Source of the DNA: Octopus vulgaris
Taxonomy: Eukaryota
Assembly (NCBI GenBank): GCA_951406725.2
Contig: OX597832.1
Coordinates: forward strand, 20,274,001 to 20,338,000
Direction of reading: 5' to 3'
Length of the DNA: 64,000 nt
Shown here one piece after another: positions 1-14,871 of this stretch. A model generated the notes under the pieces. The model searched no databases. It was not told the origin of the DNA and worked only from the letters and a program-made list of their open reading frames with translations. The position numbers and the translations under genes were made by a program. Within the stretch, counting starts at the first letter, position 1. Every line of letters starts with the position of its first letter.

Positions 1-49
1 CGCTAAGCATTTCGCCCGGCGTGCTAACGTTTCTGCCAGCTCACCGCCT
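1..49 (-). mobile_element. Group A tRNA-derived SINE, 5' head (cut by the window edge)
   Basis: Reverse complement reads GGCGGTGAGCTGGCAGAAACGTTAGCACGCCGGGCGAAATGCTTAGCG, nearly identical to the heads at 55421 and 61087; abuts (TA)n. Confidence 0.85.
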
Positions 50-50
50 A

Positions 51-136
<86 letters not shown>

Positions 137-570
137 GTGTGTGCGTACGTGTATGCGCGTATGTGTGTACGCATATATATGGGTGTATATATTTATATAC
201 AAATGTGTGTGTGTGTGTTTGAGTGTGCGTCTGTATAGATATGTGTGTGTGCGTGCGCACGCATCCATATTGTCCTTGGATTTTATCTGATGAGCAATCA
301 TTCCTGCAGACTGTATATCTGGAGGCGAATAAACTCCGTAAGGTTTGACCGGTCACTATCGCATGGCTGTTTTAATAACTGAGATTACCGTTGCGGTTTA
401 CCGGAGTTGAGAGAAATCGTATAAACGGACAAGCGCAGTAAGAAGAAAATAAATAAAGATTCGTGGTACGTTGATATCAGGGAGGAAAATCTGACTCGGC
501 TTTGATAAGAGAAGAAAAGGTAAAAAAAACAAAACAAAAAGGAAAATGAAAGGAGAAAAGAAAATATGAA

Positions 571-711
571 ATGACGGTGATTGTGACGACGATGATAATG
601 ATGATGATGGTGGTGTTGTTGGTGGTGGTGGTGGTGGTGGTGGTGGTGACGATGATGATGATGACGATGATGATGATGATGATGATGACGATGATGATGA
701 TGATGATGAGA

Positions 712-743
<32 letters not shown>

Positions 744-1001
744 AATGATGGCGATGATGATGATGATGAGAATGATACTGATGGTGGTGGTGATGATGAT
801 GATGAGAATGATGATGATGATGATGATTAATGCTAATGTGGCAAATGTGGTAAAAGCAGCCAACAAAACAACAAATTCTACTACTACTACTACTACTACA
901 ACGCCTACTATTGCTGCTGCTCTTGCTGCTAATATTAATATACTACTACTACTACTACTACTGCTACTACTACTACTGATAATAATAATAATAATAATAA
1001 T

Positions 1002-1055
<54 letters not shown>
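571..1055. repeat. Compound trinucleotide microsatellite (ATG/GTG/ACT/AAT)
   Basis: Successive tandem tracts read directly. Confidence 0.97.
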
Positions 1056-1056
<1 letters not shown>

Positions 1057-1188
1057 CTTTTCTACTATAGGCACGAGGCCAGAAATTTGTGGGAAGGAAA
1101 CTAATCGATTACGTCGGCCCCAGTGTTTCACTGGTACTTTATTTGTCGATCTCGAGAGGATGAAAGGCAAAGTCGACTTCGGCCGAAT
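1056..1188 (-). mobile_element. Group A SINE, 3' part (tail type 2)
   Basis: CTTTTCTACTATAGGCACGAGGCC...GGATGAAAGGCAAAGTCGAC matches the copies at 4654 and 43289; tail joins (AAT)n. Confidence 0.85.
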
Positions 1189-1194
1189 ATTCGC

Positions 1195-1275
1195 GATGAT
1201 GATGATGATGACGATGAAGATGATGATAATAATAATAATATTTATAATAATATTTAAAATATTTCTAATAATATT

Positions 1276-1366
<91 letters not shown>

Positions 1367-1470
1367 TTAGTAATAACAGTGATGATAATAGTAATAACAA
1401 TGATGATAATAATAGTATTAACATACTAATAGTACTAGCAGCAACAACATCAGCGGCAGCAGATTTATAT

Positions 1471-1538
<68 letters not shown>

Positions 1539-1560
1539 TGTTGTTGTTGATGTTGTTGTA
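1195..1560. repeat. Compound microsatellite (ATG/AAC/AAT/GTA)
   Basis: Tandem tracts read directly. Confidence 0.95.
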
Positions 1561-2140
1561 GTTGCCGTTGTAGTAGCTGCATCAGCAGCAGCAATGTTGC
1601 CGGGGTTAATCAATGTTCCTTCTAAACAATCAAAATACGCGACGTTTTTACACCGTTTCAAACGAGACGTAGCTTGCAGTAAAATGGCCACCACAAGCAA
1701 ACCGGTCGTATCCTCATACCATACATCAGCTTTAGTATGTTGTGTGTCTTAGAAATCCCATATCGCCAATGGTCAGTCTGTGTGTCCAGCCAAAAATACA
1801 GAGCAGGTTTCGAACGAAATTGTGCTTTCCTTTTAGTCAGCAGTTTTATGTCTTCTGTCCAGCAATAAATGCTTTTACGACGGCAAAGTCGGAAGAACAG
1901 CTCCGCGGCTTTATTATTTTTTTTTTCTCTTCCGTGTCAGCGTAAACTAGCGGATCATCTTTCGTTTCAATATGGTCAGATTTGGCGGCGAATTAACCCG
2001 AGGTTATTTTAGTGGATTAAAAGCTGTAAGATAAGTTCGGAAGATCACTAATGCTTCCATGCTCTTTCATGAATTATCTGATTTATCTGGTATCGTTTCT
2101 GGCACCATAGAGCTATAGAAATAACAACAAGAACAACAGC

Positions 2141-2141
<1 letters not shown>

Positions 2142-2226
<85 letters not shown>

Positions 2227-2227
2227 C

Positions 2228-2260
<33 letters not shown>

Positions 2261-2321
2261 GGTGGTGGTGTTGATGATGATGATGGTGACGACGATGATG
2301 ATGGTGATGAAGACTACGATG

Positions 2322-2353
<32 letters not shown>

Positions 2354-2484
2354 GGTGATGATGATGGTGGTGATGATGATGATGATGGTGGTGATGATGA
2401 TGATGATGTTAACGATGATGATGATGATGGTGACGACGACAATGATGATGATGAAGACGACGATGATGATGATAAAGGTGATGG

Positions 2485-2519
<35 letters not shown>

Positions 2520-2525
2520 GTGATT

Positions 2526-2562
<37 letters not shown>

Positions 2563-2570
2563 CGACGACG
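2142..2570. repeat. (ATG)n/(GTG)n microsatellite
   Basis: About 430 bp of imperfect tandem ATG. Confidence 0.97.
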
Positions 2571-2745
2571 TGGACAGCAATGAAAAGGGTGTAGACGATT
2601 GAGATGAAGATAGTGTTAAATCTGAGATTTTGTTTAGCATTTATATAGATTTCTATAATTTCTTGTTTTACTTAATTTAAAGAAAATAAATCCACTTGCG
2701 CGTGCTTTGGCTCTATTAACAAAAGTATTTTCTTCATTGAAACTG

Positions 2746-2834
<89 letters not shown>

Positions 2835-2835
2835 C

Positions 2836-2916
<81 letters not shown>

Positions 2917-2938
2917 TTATTATCATTATTATCATTAT
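2746..2938. repeat. (ATT)n microsatellite
   Basis: Tandem tract read directly. Confidence 0.97.
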
Positions 2939-3739
2939 TTGTGGCACTAAACTCTTCAGTACTGTAGCATGATCGCAATCCAGTGACTTAAACAAGCAAA
3001 ACAAAATTTAAATGAAAGAATTTTGCGAGTACCCATTATAATATACGTACACACAGATACATATATCAATACACACACACACATTCACACACTCTCTTTC
3101 AAACACACATACACACATACACACACATTCATACCTACATGGATTTGTGAGTATGTGCACCGCTGCCGTCATCAACATCACCATATGAACTCACAGCAAC
3201 ATTGTCTTCATGAAAACGTTTGTGAATAATAAAAGATGAATATAGAAGATATAAGAATCAATAACTTCAAACACCTCAAAAATTAATTATACCTAACATA
3301 ATCAATAACAACCCTATAACAAACAATATAATTATTTTACAGAGACTCTGCTCCAGCGACCTCCCATTAAAGGGAGAGAAATCTATATGACAAATACTGT
3401 AAAAATTTTGTAATAAAGTGCAAAGCAGCAGCCATATTTATATAATTAAATGAAAATGTAGTGTCACCAGTACTTTTAATAAGACAAAACAAAATAACAT
3501 TCTCTATAGAAAAGCCATCGAAAAGAAATTAGCAACAGGAATAATACGGAAGTGGAAGAAAAGGATGGATGCTCGACTGGATCACACCTAAAAGAAAACA
3601 AAAATCCAACAAGATGGAAGCAGCTACAAGAACAACGAAAGGATGCAAAACAATAATCACAGGAATGGCAATAACGCGTATGTACATGTATAAGTAGAAG
3701 CATGTGAGCGTCTGCGTGCCTATCGTGCGATATGTATAT

Positions 3740-4183
<444 letters not shown>

Positions 4184-4653
4184 CATTCGGTAATTAGAAA
4201 GTCACCGACAATAAGAAGATATATACGAACAACATTTACAAACAATGTTGTTGTTTTGTTTTAAATGTAACAAACATTATCGCGGCGAACATGCGAAGCA
4301 ACAGCAGATAAATGCAGGAATGATAACTAGAAATAATAGATCTTGCACGACAGCAATGCAACGGTAAATACAGCAACAACAAAAATGTTTAGCAAGTGCA
4401 ACAATAGCGGACTTGAGAAAATTATTAAGAGCAATATAACCAAAATTTGCTTGGTGAAGTCCAGCGACATCTACAACAACGTTATGTTCAAATGTAGTTT
4501 TATATAAAGTTATGAATTCACCCGCACCCCCACCATCATCTTCATCAACAACAACAATTACCAGAAGCGTAGCAACAATAATAAACAAACACCACAGATG
4601 CTCCAACGATTCTTTCAGCTCCATTGCTGAAAATAACAATAATAAGGGTAATA

Positions 4654-4854
4654 CTTTCTACTATAGGCACAAGGCCTGAAATTTGGGGGAGAGTGGGCCA
4701 CTCGATTAGATCGACCCCAGCACGCAAATTATCGATCTCGAAAGGATGAAAGGCAAAGTCGACCTCGGCGGAATTTGAACTCAGAACGTAAAGACAAATG
4801 AAATACAACTAAGCATTTCACCAGGCGTGCTAACATTTCTGCCAGCTCGTCGCC
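4654..4854 (-). mobile_element. Group A SINE, near full length (tail type 2)
   Basis: Head, B-box GTTCAAATTCC, GCCTTTCATCCTTTCG central block and GGCCTTGTGCCTATAGTAGAAAG tail on the minus strand. Confidence 0.9.
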
Positions 4855-4856
4855 TG

Positions 4857-4899
4857 TAACAACAACAACAAGAACAACAACAACAACAACAACAACAAC

Positions 4900-4990
<91 letters not shown>

Positions 4991-5039
4991 GTGATGATGA
5001 TGATGATGATGATGATGATGACGACGACGATGATGATGC

Positions 5040-5078
<39 letters not shown>

Positions 5079-5132
5079 CGACGATGACGACGACGATGAT
5101 GCTGATGATGATGATGATGGTGATGGTGATGG

Positions 5133-5188
<56 letters not shown>

Positions 5189-5195
5189 GTGATGA
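4857..5195. repeat. (AAC)n(AAT)n(GAT)n compound microsatellite
   Basis: Tandem tracts read directly. Confidence 0.97.
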
Positions 5196-5204
5196 TTTTG
5201 AATT

Positions 5205-5530
5205 TTGACTCGAGGCCAGCAATTTAAAATAAAATAAATAGCAGCGTTCAACTGGTACTTATTCTATCGACCCATATAAAACTGAGACGCAAACCATCGT
5301 GGGCGGAATTTGAACTCAGAAGGTAAAGAACTAGCAAATTCCAATAACCAGTTTACCCAGCGTGGTAACGATTCTACCAGCTCTTCGACAATAACATTGG
5401 AGGCACAAGGCCTCAAATTTGGCGACTAGTAGACTACATCGACTCCACTATTTCACTGGTACTTAATTTATCGACCCCAAAAGGTGAAAGGCAAAGACAA
5501 CCTCGGACGAATACGAAATCAGAACGCAGC
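5205..5530 (-). mobile_element. Two degenerate tandem group A SINE copies
   Basis: ACTGGTACTT...TATCGACCC and GAATTTGAACTCAGAA-like blocks occur twice. Confidence 0.7.
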
Positions 5531-6189
5531 AACTACTGACATATATAATATTATACACCAACACTGCAATTTTTAACTTTACCATCATTATTGCCATCAT
5601 GCAGGACAGCGCAGAATCCAAAACAGCACAGAGTTCTAGATGAACTGTATGATCCGAAAGAAAACAATTACTAAAGATCAGGAGAAGCAAAACAACAACA
5701 CCAATAACAACAATTATTAATGCAATATGAATGATAATACGGAGAGCCAAGAATAACAAAAAAAAAGATCAAGATAAACAAACATAAATAGTAAAGGTCT
5801 AAAATACATATACAAATAACCAACGAGTAATAAACGGGAACGAAAGCGACAAAAGAAGTCAGCAAGAACTGTAACAACAATAATAACAACAACAAAAACA
5901 ACTAAGAAGGTATCTAAAGTTGTAGATGAAGAAAAAAAACGGCATAAGTCAAAATGCCTGTACTTATCCGTGTTCATGACTATGTTTACATTTATACGTA
6001 AATACGTACGTTTCGATTTGTGTCTGTGTGTGTATGCATGTATGTATGTGTATATATGTGTGTGTGTGTATGTGTGTGTATGTCTGAGTAAGTATATATA
6101 TATGGATATATATATATGAATATATATATATATATGTGTATATATATACATATATATATTCATATATACACACACACACAAACACACAC

Positions 6190-6245
<56 letters not shown>

Positions 6246-6847
6246 ATATATACACAAACACACATATACACTTCGTACTTCATGTTTACGTTTGTAACGT
6301 TATGCACCCATATATGCATATACATATACATATATATGTATGTACATATATGTATATATGCACATATAAATGTATTATTCATATTATATATATATATATA
6401 TATACATACACACACACATAGATACACACACATATGTGTATATATATGTGTGTGTGTGTGTATGCGTGTGTGTATATATCTATGTATATATTTATAGATA
6501 TCAATATCTGCCGGATGTGAGTATAACGCAATATTACTTTACGTTCAGTCAAATATTTTTGTGTAAACGTGCGCATATGTGAGTATGATTCCGCCGTAAT
6601 TAGAGCCCTATTCACGTATACGAATATTTATACAAACATGGATGTGTAAGCATGAAGTTTTAGTATCCATGTATGTGGGCGTATCCTTCTATATCCATTT
6701 ACACACACATTTACACACACATATACACACACAGATATATCTATATAATATATATACATACACATATATATATATATCTTGTGTATACATATATATAAAT
6801 ATATATGTACATAAATACATATATATGCATATATATACACAAACACT

Positions 6848-6908
<61 letters not shown>

Positions 6909-7015
6909 TTATATATGCATGTATAATAGTACACACAGATATATGAACATATTGCATGAACGTGTATAGAATAAATATATATATATGTATGTGTGTGTGT
7001 ATATATATACACACA

Positions 7016-7104
<89 letters not shown>

Positions 7105-7756
7105 TGATAGATAGATAGACAGATAGATAGGTAGATAGGTATACACGTATGTATATGTGTTTGTGTGTGTCTACGTACTTATGAATACTTGATGCATTGA
7201 TCCATGTGTTGAATTATTCTTTGCTTACATGTACATATGCTCATGCATACATATAAAACATGCATACGAATTCAAGTATGTATGTGTGTGTTTGATTGTG
7301 TGTCTATACACGCCCCCACGCTTGTGATAGAATTTGAATAAGTATGACGTATCGATGTACACACTTCAAGTAAATCAAATATATATTTTTGTTGTGTTTC
7401 TATTATTACTTTGGTTTTCGCTCCACCATGTATTTTCATGTGTGTGTGTGTGTGTGTGTTTGTGTGTGTGCGTTTGTATATGTCTGTGAATGTATGTAAA
7501 CGAATGGTCGTTTATAGTTATTGTCATTACATATATATATATATATTAAACATGACGTATATATATATGTATATATTATATGTATATGTGTGTGTTTGTG
7601 CCTGGGTGTAAGTGTGTTACTGTGTATTGTACCAATAAATACAAAAGAATTTACTGAGACATTCCTACACAAAAGGAGAAGATAATAGAATCAAAAATGT
7701 TAATAAATATTTTCTAAAGGTTCACAACAAGATTGATGTTTAATAACAATAATGAA

Positions 7757-8110
<354 letters not shown>

Positions 8111-8491
8111 CACATGTATAATGATATGATCCATTTTTAACTACAGTTTGCCAACTTTTTACTATGTTGTACATTTCCGATCTCTTGTTTTAGACGTTGC
8201 TGGTGTCTTTCTGGGTTTTTAGGTTATTAATTTTTGTTTTAAGTTTCCCTTACAATTTCCTTCCTCTACCCTTCCATACCATTGCCCCTCCTCTCTCTTT
8301 CATTCTTTCTCTCACTTTCTCTGTCTCTCTCTTTCTTTCTATCTAGCTTATATATTAATTTTTATATATATGCATATATAATTTACATATACATATATAC
8401 ATACATACATATATATATGAATGTTTGCGGCTTTGGCTCTGAGATTTTGTTAGAATTGATATATGTACAGGTATGTGTGTGTGTGTGAAAA

Positions 8492-8730
8492 TTCAGGTTG
8501 CGAAGAATAAAATGTCGTCTAAATTAACCAAAAATGAAAATAACACTGACATCTCATTTTAACAGTCATATTTACCAAAATGGCACAAAATATCTTGAAA
8601 TATCAAAGAATAAATTAATTCAATAAAATCGCCATTGGCTTCAACTAAAGTCTCCAAACGGCTTCAGAATCTCCTGCAACTCTTTTGGACTCTCTCCTTG
8701 TTTAAGTTAGTGAATGCTGCCATAACATTT
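8492..8730 (-). mobile_element. Tc1/mariner-superfamily remnant, transposase C-terminus
   Basis: Minus strand reads CRRF*SRLETLVEANGDFIE*, the typical 'C..FR.R.EAV.EA.G..IE' ending. A maT/DD37D-like assignment is inference. Confidence 0.65.
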
Positions 8731-9141
8731 CTGAAAAAAGACTTTTATGAGTTGCCAGAGAATATAACCCTCAGAGGCGCTAGTGTTGAAATAGATTTAC
8801 AATGAATGTAGAAATAGACTGACATTTAGTTCTCGCAGTAAACATACAAATACATTTGCATATAGTACATTTACAACACTTACAGAAGCATCAATGCAGC
8901 TCTCAATATGAATTAAAAAAATACTCCTACAAATAAACAACATGTGAACTGTATGAATACAGTGTAGATTGCAATGTTAATTATAGATAAACGGCGATTT
9001 CTATCTGAGCGTGTGGTTGGCTGGTTGTTACATGGAGTACATCGTTACAAAACATTAACACATTTATCAGTATAAATTAAGGTGTTTCTACATGTTAACA
9101 AAGTGTGACATTTGTGATGAGAGTGCATCTAAGTTAAGTTA

Positions 9142-9364
9142 ATTTTTTGGCTCAAAAAGCAAAAAGCAAGGCCATGTAGGGGGACTTGGAGTTATGTACA
9201 GGGAGGGTGTTCATGCAAAGAGATCAGGCCATTTCTGGTCAAGAGAGACTTTGAACCGAGCGGTTGTTGGCATCTTCACTATCTCGTCCGGCAGCTTATT
9301 CCACGGATCCGCAACCCGGACGGAGAAAGTCCCTCTCCTTCGATTGAGATGAAATCGTCGCAGA
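9142..9364 (-). mobile_element. CR1/L2-like LINE 3' end
   Basis: Minus strand reads LRRFHLNRRRGTFSVRVADPWNKLPDEIVKMPTTARFKVSLDQKW, matching the 'FS.RV...WN.LP...FK..LD' ORF2 C-terminus, followed by a short 3' UTR. Confidence 0.8.
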
Positions 9365-9937
9365 AAGCAGAACAGTTCTTCATGCAGCGACTGTCAATTG
9401 GTTGGAATTACATGAAAGACATAGTCATTCTTGATATATTCGAGAATAAGTCACTAACCGAAATAAGTGGATTTATTGTTGAACGCTTGTGCCGCAGTTT
9501 TCGTGCGCGCACATGTGGAGAACTCAGATTTGATCTTTTTTTTAAGAAAGTGCTCCTACATGTAAACAGCGCATGACATTTACGACAGTGCAGATGACCT
9601 ATACGCGGAAAATAAAAATAAGGGATTTAAAATGGGTTATTTCCTCTTGGCCGTTAAAGAAAAGTAGGGAGTACATGTTAAGAAAACATCAACAGAACTA
9701 TCAACATGATTTAAGAAAATGTTCCTACATGTATACAGCGTTCTTCATGCTGAATTCTTGACAATTGCAGCGCTTACCAATTGGCTGAAGTGTCATGAAA
9801 GACATCGTCATTCATGGTATATTCGTGAATAAGTCACTAACCGAAATATCTGGATTTATTGTTTAGGAAAATGCTATTTACTTGTTTAAGGTTTGTACAG
9901 GGTAAATTGCGAAAATAACGCTTCGTCTCCTTCTTCC

Positions 9938-10060
9938 TTCTTCTTCTTCTTCTTCTTCTTCTTCTTCTTCTTCTTCTTCTTCTTCTTCTTCTTCTTCTTC
10001 TTCTTCTTCTTCTTCTTCATCTTCTTCATCTTCTTCATCTTCTTCTTCTTCTTCATCTCC
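9938..10060. repeat. (TTC)n microsatellite
   Basis: Pure pyrimidine tract; others at 11395-11505 and 28606-28719. Confidence 0.97.
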
Positions 10061-10165
10061 TTTTTCTTCATTTTTTTTCTTCTTCTTCTTTTACTTCTGC
10101 TTCTTCATTTTTTCTTCTTCTTCTCCTTCTCTTCCTCCTCCTTCTTCTTATTCTCACAATTACTG

Positions 10166-10228
<63 letters not shown>

Positions 10229-10392
10229 ATTCCACTACCACTATTTTTCATCTTTTTCATCTACTTCATCCGCTACTACATCATCATTTCTTTTCGGTCT
10301 TTTCTTCCTCTCCTTCATAGTAATTTTATTAAGAACACTAGTCTTATTGTTAGTATTCTTATTGTTGATATCATTGCTATTTCTATTACTGG

Positions 10393-10460
<68 letters not shown>

Positions 10461-11394
10461 TATTATACTAAGGTCATTGCTCTATTTATTTCTTTGGTTG
10501 GTATTATAAAGAAATCATTATTACTGCAACACTAATTTTTATTCCGTTTAAACCTTGCTTTTTTTATTTTCATCATTGTTCTCGTTATTGTTGTTCAAGA
10601 TGGCGTTGATGTTGGCGTTGGGAGCCTTCAGTTCTGTATCTCTCCTTTTCTCTCTCTCTCTTTCTGTCTCTCGCTCTCTTTTTTTGTGTCTTTTCTATAA
10701 GAAATATGCAATGATTTATTTAAGCTAAGGTCATACAGACGGCACTCATATAATAACAAATGGATCACAGGTCACCGTCCTGTATCCAGAAAAGGAATAA
10801 ATCGTGATATTATTCAAGAGTTCCGTGTTTTTACAGTTTGAGTTATGGCAATGCTTGATTGATGCATCCACTCAGGACAAAAACAAAAAAAAGAAAACAA
10901 AACAAAGAAAAAAAAACTAAAGCATTTAAAGAAGAAAATCTCTGAACAAAAAATGACGGCCATTGCAACATCTCTTCATCGGGCAGTACCACTGTAACCA
11001 TTATGGACATTAAAAAATATCATCATAGCCACTACCACGCATCACCACCACCACCGCCATCATCATCATCATTTGCATCATTTACTTAAATGACAGCAGC
11101 TGGCGAGCCAACCCAAAGAATGAGTTTCGACATGGTCGGTCTATTCGTTAGCAATAGCTAACAAATCTACCTGAGTTCGCATGCGATCGCCTTAAAAAAT
11201 TCGGAAACGTTATGTAGAGGAATCTTAGACACAATGCACATAATTTAGATATGGTGTGGTCACGGCCTAAATGTCGTTAGTCATAATTGGTCCGTTCGAT
11301 CCAGGCTGATCTAGGGTCTAGTTAAACAACAGCGCCAACAACATCAAATTTACTCTACCTAAACCAGAAACAATCCGATTTCTATGACACGAAT

Positions 11395-11476
11395 TCTTCT
11401 TCTTCTTCTTCTTCTTCTTCTTCTTCTTCTTCTTCTTCTTCTTCTTCTTCTTCTTCTTCTTCTTCTTCTTCTTCTT

Positions 11477-11507
<31 letters not shown>

Positions 11508-11510
11508 TCA

Positions 11511-11583
<73 letters not shown>

Positions 11584-11635
11584 GATTATTATTATTATTA
11601 TTATTATTATTGTTGTTGTTGTTGTTGTTATTATT

Positions 11636-11696
<61 letters not shown>
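11395..11696. repeat. (TTC)n(ATT)n compound microsatellite
   Basis: Tandem tracts read directly. Confidence 0.97.
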
Positions 11697-11698
<2 letters not shown>

Positions 11699-11699
11699 T

Positions 11700-12208
11700 G
11701 AGAGAACCGCGCATACCATGAAAGTGACACTGGAGTAAAATAAACCAAGCCCAGTCTATCCATCATGACTACCCGAATGATAAGGGTACACCAGGTACAT
11801 AGGCACATACATCACAACAATATGTGCACGACATGATCTCATCAAGATAAACTGCCCATGACCTTGTTGGTGAAATCCAGTTAGAATTTTCCTCAGATCG
11901 CGTAGGGCTGTTTAACAATGTTGAATGAAATACCCAATGTTTCCAAAGGTGAATTATTCAAACCCCAAAAAGTCCACTCAACAAATGGCTATGATGCTCC
12001 TCAACTACTTCTGCTCGTGATCAGAGATTCACATATCGTCAGCCACTAAGGAAAATGTTCAACTGGTTAATGTCAAGCAACTGACAAGAAAATCTGTTGT
12101 ACTGAGCAGAACATTTGCTGTAGCCCATCTTTTATACCAAGACAAAACTATGTACATGATAACACTTCCAATAAGTAAAAATCAGAATCTATGAGAGCTA
12201 GTGCCTGT
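11700..12208. repeat. Probable unclassified interspersed repeat
   Basis: Complex island starting abruptly at (ATT)n. It resembles a recurrent octopus repeat from memory; there is only one copy here, so it cannot be confirmed. Confidence 0.35.
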
Positions 12209-12584
12209 TTAGAGCACTTTGGTGAAAATTATATACGACCTCCTACTTTTCTTGTATACATGTTAAAATGTATAACATTAACCTGGAATATCATATTTAA
12301 ATGAAAAATATAGGCACGTAACTTGTGTTTTTCCGCTTGCTGGTGACATTACTTCAATGTATGGTCGCGTGTTATGAAGTTCACTTTGCAGTCATAAAGT
12401 TTTGGGTTCAATCTCGTTGTGTGTAGTCTTTTGGCTAGTGTATTTGTTTTGTATATGTTTTCGACAGTCGGGGTACGATGTGGTAATTCTTTTCTTGGTG
12501 AGATTCTACGATTCTACGATTGCAGCTTATGTGTATGGATATCTGTGATTATTATTCTATTCGATTTTCGAAAATTAGCTTTTA

Positions 12585-12783
12585 CGAGGGAGAGCTGAGG
12601 AGGTCCTGGTTTTAAAAGTATAGCGAATGGCTTGGTTGAAGACTCAACCTTCCGAGTTTTTTTTTTACAGGGATTAGAAAAACTGAAGAATCGCTGCGGG
12701 AATCTGAGAGGGGAAAACAATAATTAACTGATCCTCTTGTATTTTCTTTTACCCAAATCCAGGAACTTTTCAACACCCACTCA
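12585..12783 (+). mobile_element. Internally deleted mariner (MITE-like)
   Basis: Diverged TIRs (CGAGGGAGAGCTGAGGAGGTCCTGG and reverse complement TGAGTGGGTGTTGAAAAGTTCCTGG), TA on both sides, internal FFLQGLEKLKNRC transposase tail. Confidence 0.7.
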
Positions 12784-12844
12784 TAAATTTTAATCATGCT
12801 TTTCCAATTCAACTAAATTCTATTTAATACAGTTCTATATTTAA

Positions 12845-13072
12845 GAGATTAAGAAATATGTAGAATATTTACATTATTTACGTTCGACGGATAATTGTCC
12901 TCATCTTGTTTGTTGTTAGGAATGAGAACCCAGGTTCGGAATTTTCCCAAGACACCTGATGAAGGTTGGAGAGTATATCAGCCGAAACGTTGTGTTAACA
13001 ACAAACAAGATGAGGACAAATATCCGTCGAATGTAAATAATGTAAATAATGTAAATTCTACGTATTCATATC
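12845..13072. mobile_element. Penelope-like terminal-repeat fragment with inverted arms
   Basis: 12845-12918 is the reverse complement of about 12995-13072, and the arms enclose a hammerhead motif. Confidence 0.75.
12951..12996 (+). ncRNA. Minimal type I hammerhead ribozyme motif (canonical core)
   Basis: gacac-CUGAUGA-a-ggttgg[agagtata]tcagcc-GAAA-cg-UU-gtgtt: stem I 5 bp, stem II 6 bp, palindromic AACGTT in place of stem III. Confidence 0.8.
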
Positions 13073-14186
13073 TACACATCTGGAATATCTTCCAATTAAT
13101 ATGAAGATTATTGAATGCAGTAAAATATATTACTATGTGGACAGCAGAGAGTTCAAGATGAAATATACAATATTTTAACGTAATACAATAAGGACTTAGA
13201 GATACAACTATAAATGTTTCATATATAGCCTCAATGTATGACATTCGTGAGGAAGAGATTATCCTTAGGAGAATTACCTTTAAAACACTCTGTTTTAAAG
13301 ATAATTAGAAATTTACGGTAAAATAGCTTTTTCCTGTTTTTAAACTTTAACGGTTGGGAGTTGCATCTTGTTGGGTTCCGTAATAAAGATGATGATAATA
13401 ATATGCTCATTTCGATAAAATCGATAAACTGACTGGCATATTGTAAAAAAAAAAAAACCCTTGGAGATATGAAAGACAAATTTGACCGCTGCAGGATTTG
13501 ATCCGAGAACGTTAAGAACCGGTTGAATTACTGTAAGATATTTTGTCCATCGTTCTAACGACCCTGTCAATTCACCGACATAAATTGATGCTTTCTTTCT
13601 TCACCACATTTAAGTTAATACCAATTAGAAACACTAGACAACTACAGACGACAGGGAACACATATTTGAAGGGACATGTCATTCGTGTGGCCGGCTTTCC
13701 AGCTGCTTTTCCTGAACACATAGTAAGATTTTGAACAGCACTGCATACGTAACGAGGTAGCACTTGTTACGCACAACGCGTTCTTAACAGTTCGAGGAAA
13801 AAATTGCTTCTCCCTCTACCCTACGATGCATATTTACATATTCGCAGTTACAGAGATTGAGACAATGAGATCTACGTGTTTTTAACCAATGATGAGATAA
13901 CAGCCCTTTCTCTCAACGGTTTGAAGAAAGTCTGGCTCCCTGCGATGTCGGTCAATTATAACTTTAAATGCCTATCTATCTACCTATCTACTTAAATATA
14001 TATATATATACATATACATATATGTATATTTACATACATACATATGCATACAAATGTGTATATATATATATATGTGTATAAATATAGATATATGTATATG
14101 AATATATAAATATATAAAAGCGAATATATATATGCATATATATATATATGTGTGTGTGTGTATGAATGTATATATATATATGTATG

Positions 14187-14242
<56 letters not shown>

Positions 14243-14840
14243 CATGTATGTATGTGTATGTATGTATGTATGCATGAATATATGTATGTATGTATGTATG
14301 TATATATGTATGTATGTATGTATATATATATATGTATATGTATGAATGTATGTATATATGTATGTATATGCCTCTTGTGCAATTACTTGCCGGAAGCTTT
14401 TAGTCACCTCAGGCAACTCTACGTAAATATCCTCAAAATATGTGGAATACGGCTGTATCCTATCGTCTGCAAATCTCTCTAAGGATGCCACCATCTCACT
14501 TTCTCCCTCCTTCAATAACTTTTATATATCCTCCTTCGTTTCTTTCTTTGTAATTCTTTTCCTTTTCTGTCTCTGTCTCTCTCTCCCTCACATTCCTCTT
14601 ATCTTTCTCTCTCTCTCTCTCTCACATTCTTCTTATGTCTCTCTGACTTTCTCTTTGCATATCTCTCCTCGTCGCCCTCAATCTCTATTTCTGTTTCTCT
14701 ATGTCCGTCTGTTCGTCAAACAAGTATATTCTCATCATGTGTAACTATTTTCAAATTATATGCCTCTCTAGTTCTCCTATTTTCTAGGGAACTGCTTCCG
14801 TTACATATAATAGACCATTGAAGGAGTTCCTAAGGATGAC

Positions 14841-14871
<31 letters not shown>

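Noticed and set aside
287-315. CTGATGA followed by a gca/tgc mini-stem
   Set aside because: No GAAA at the required position and no stems I or III.
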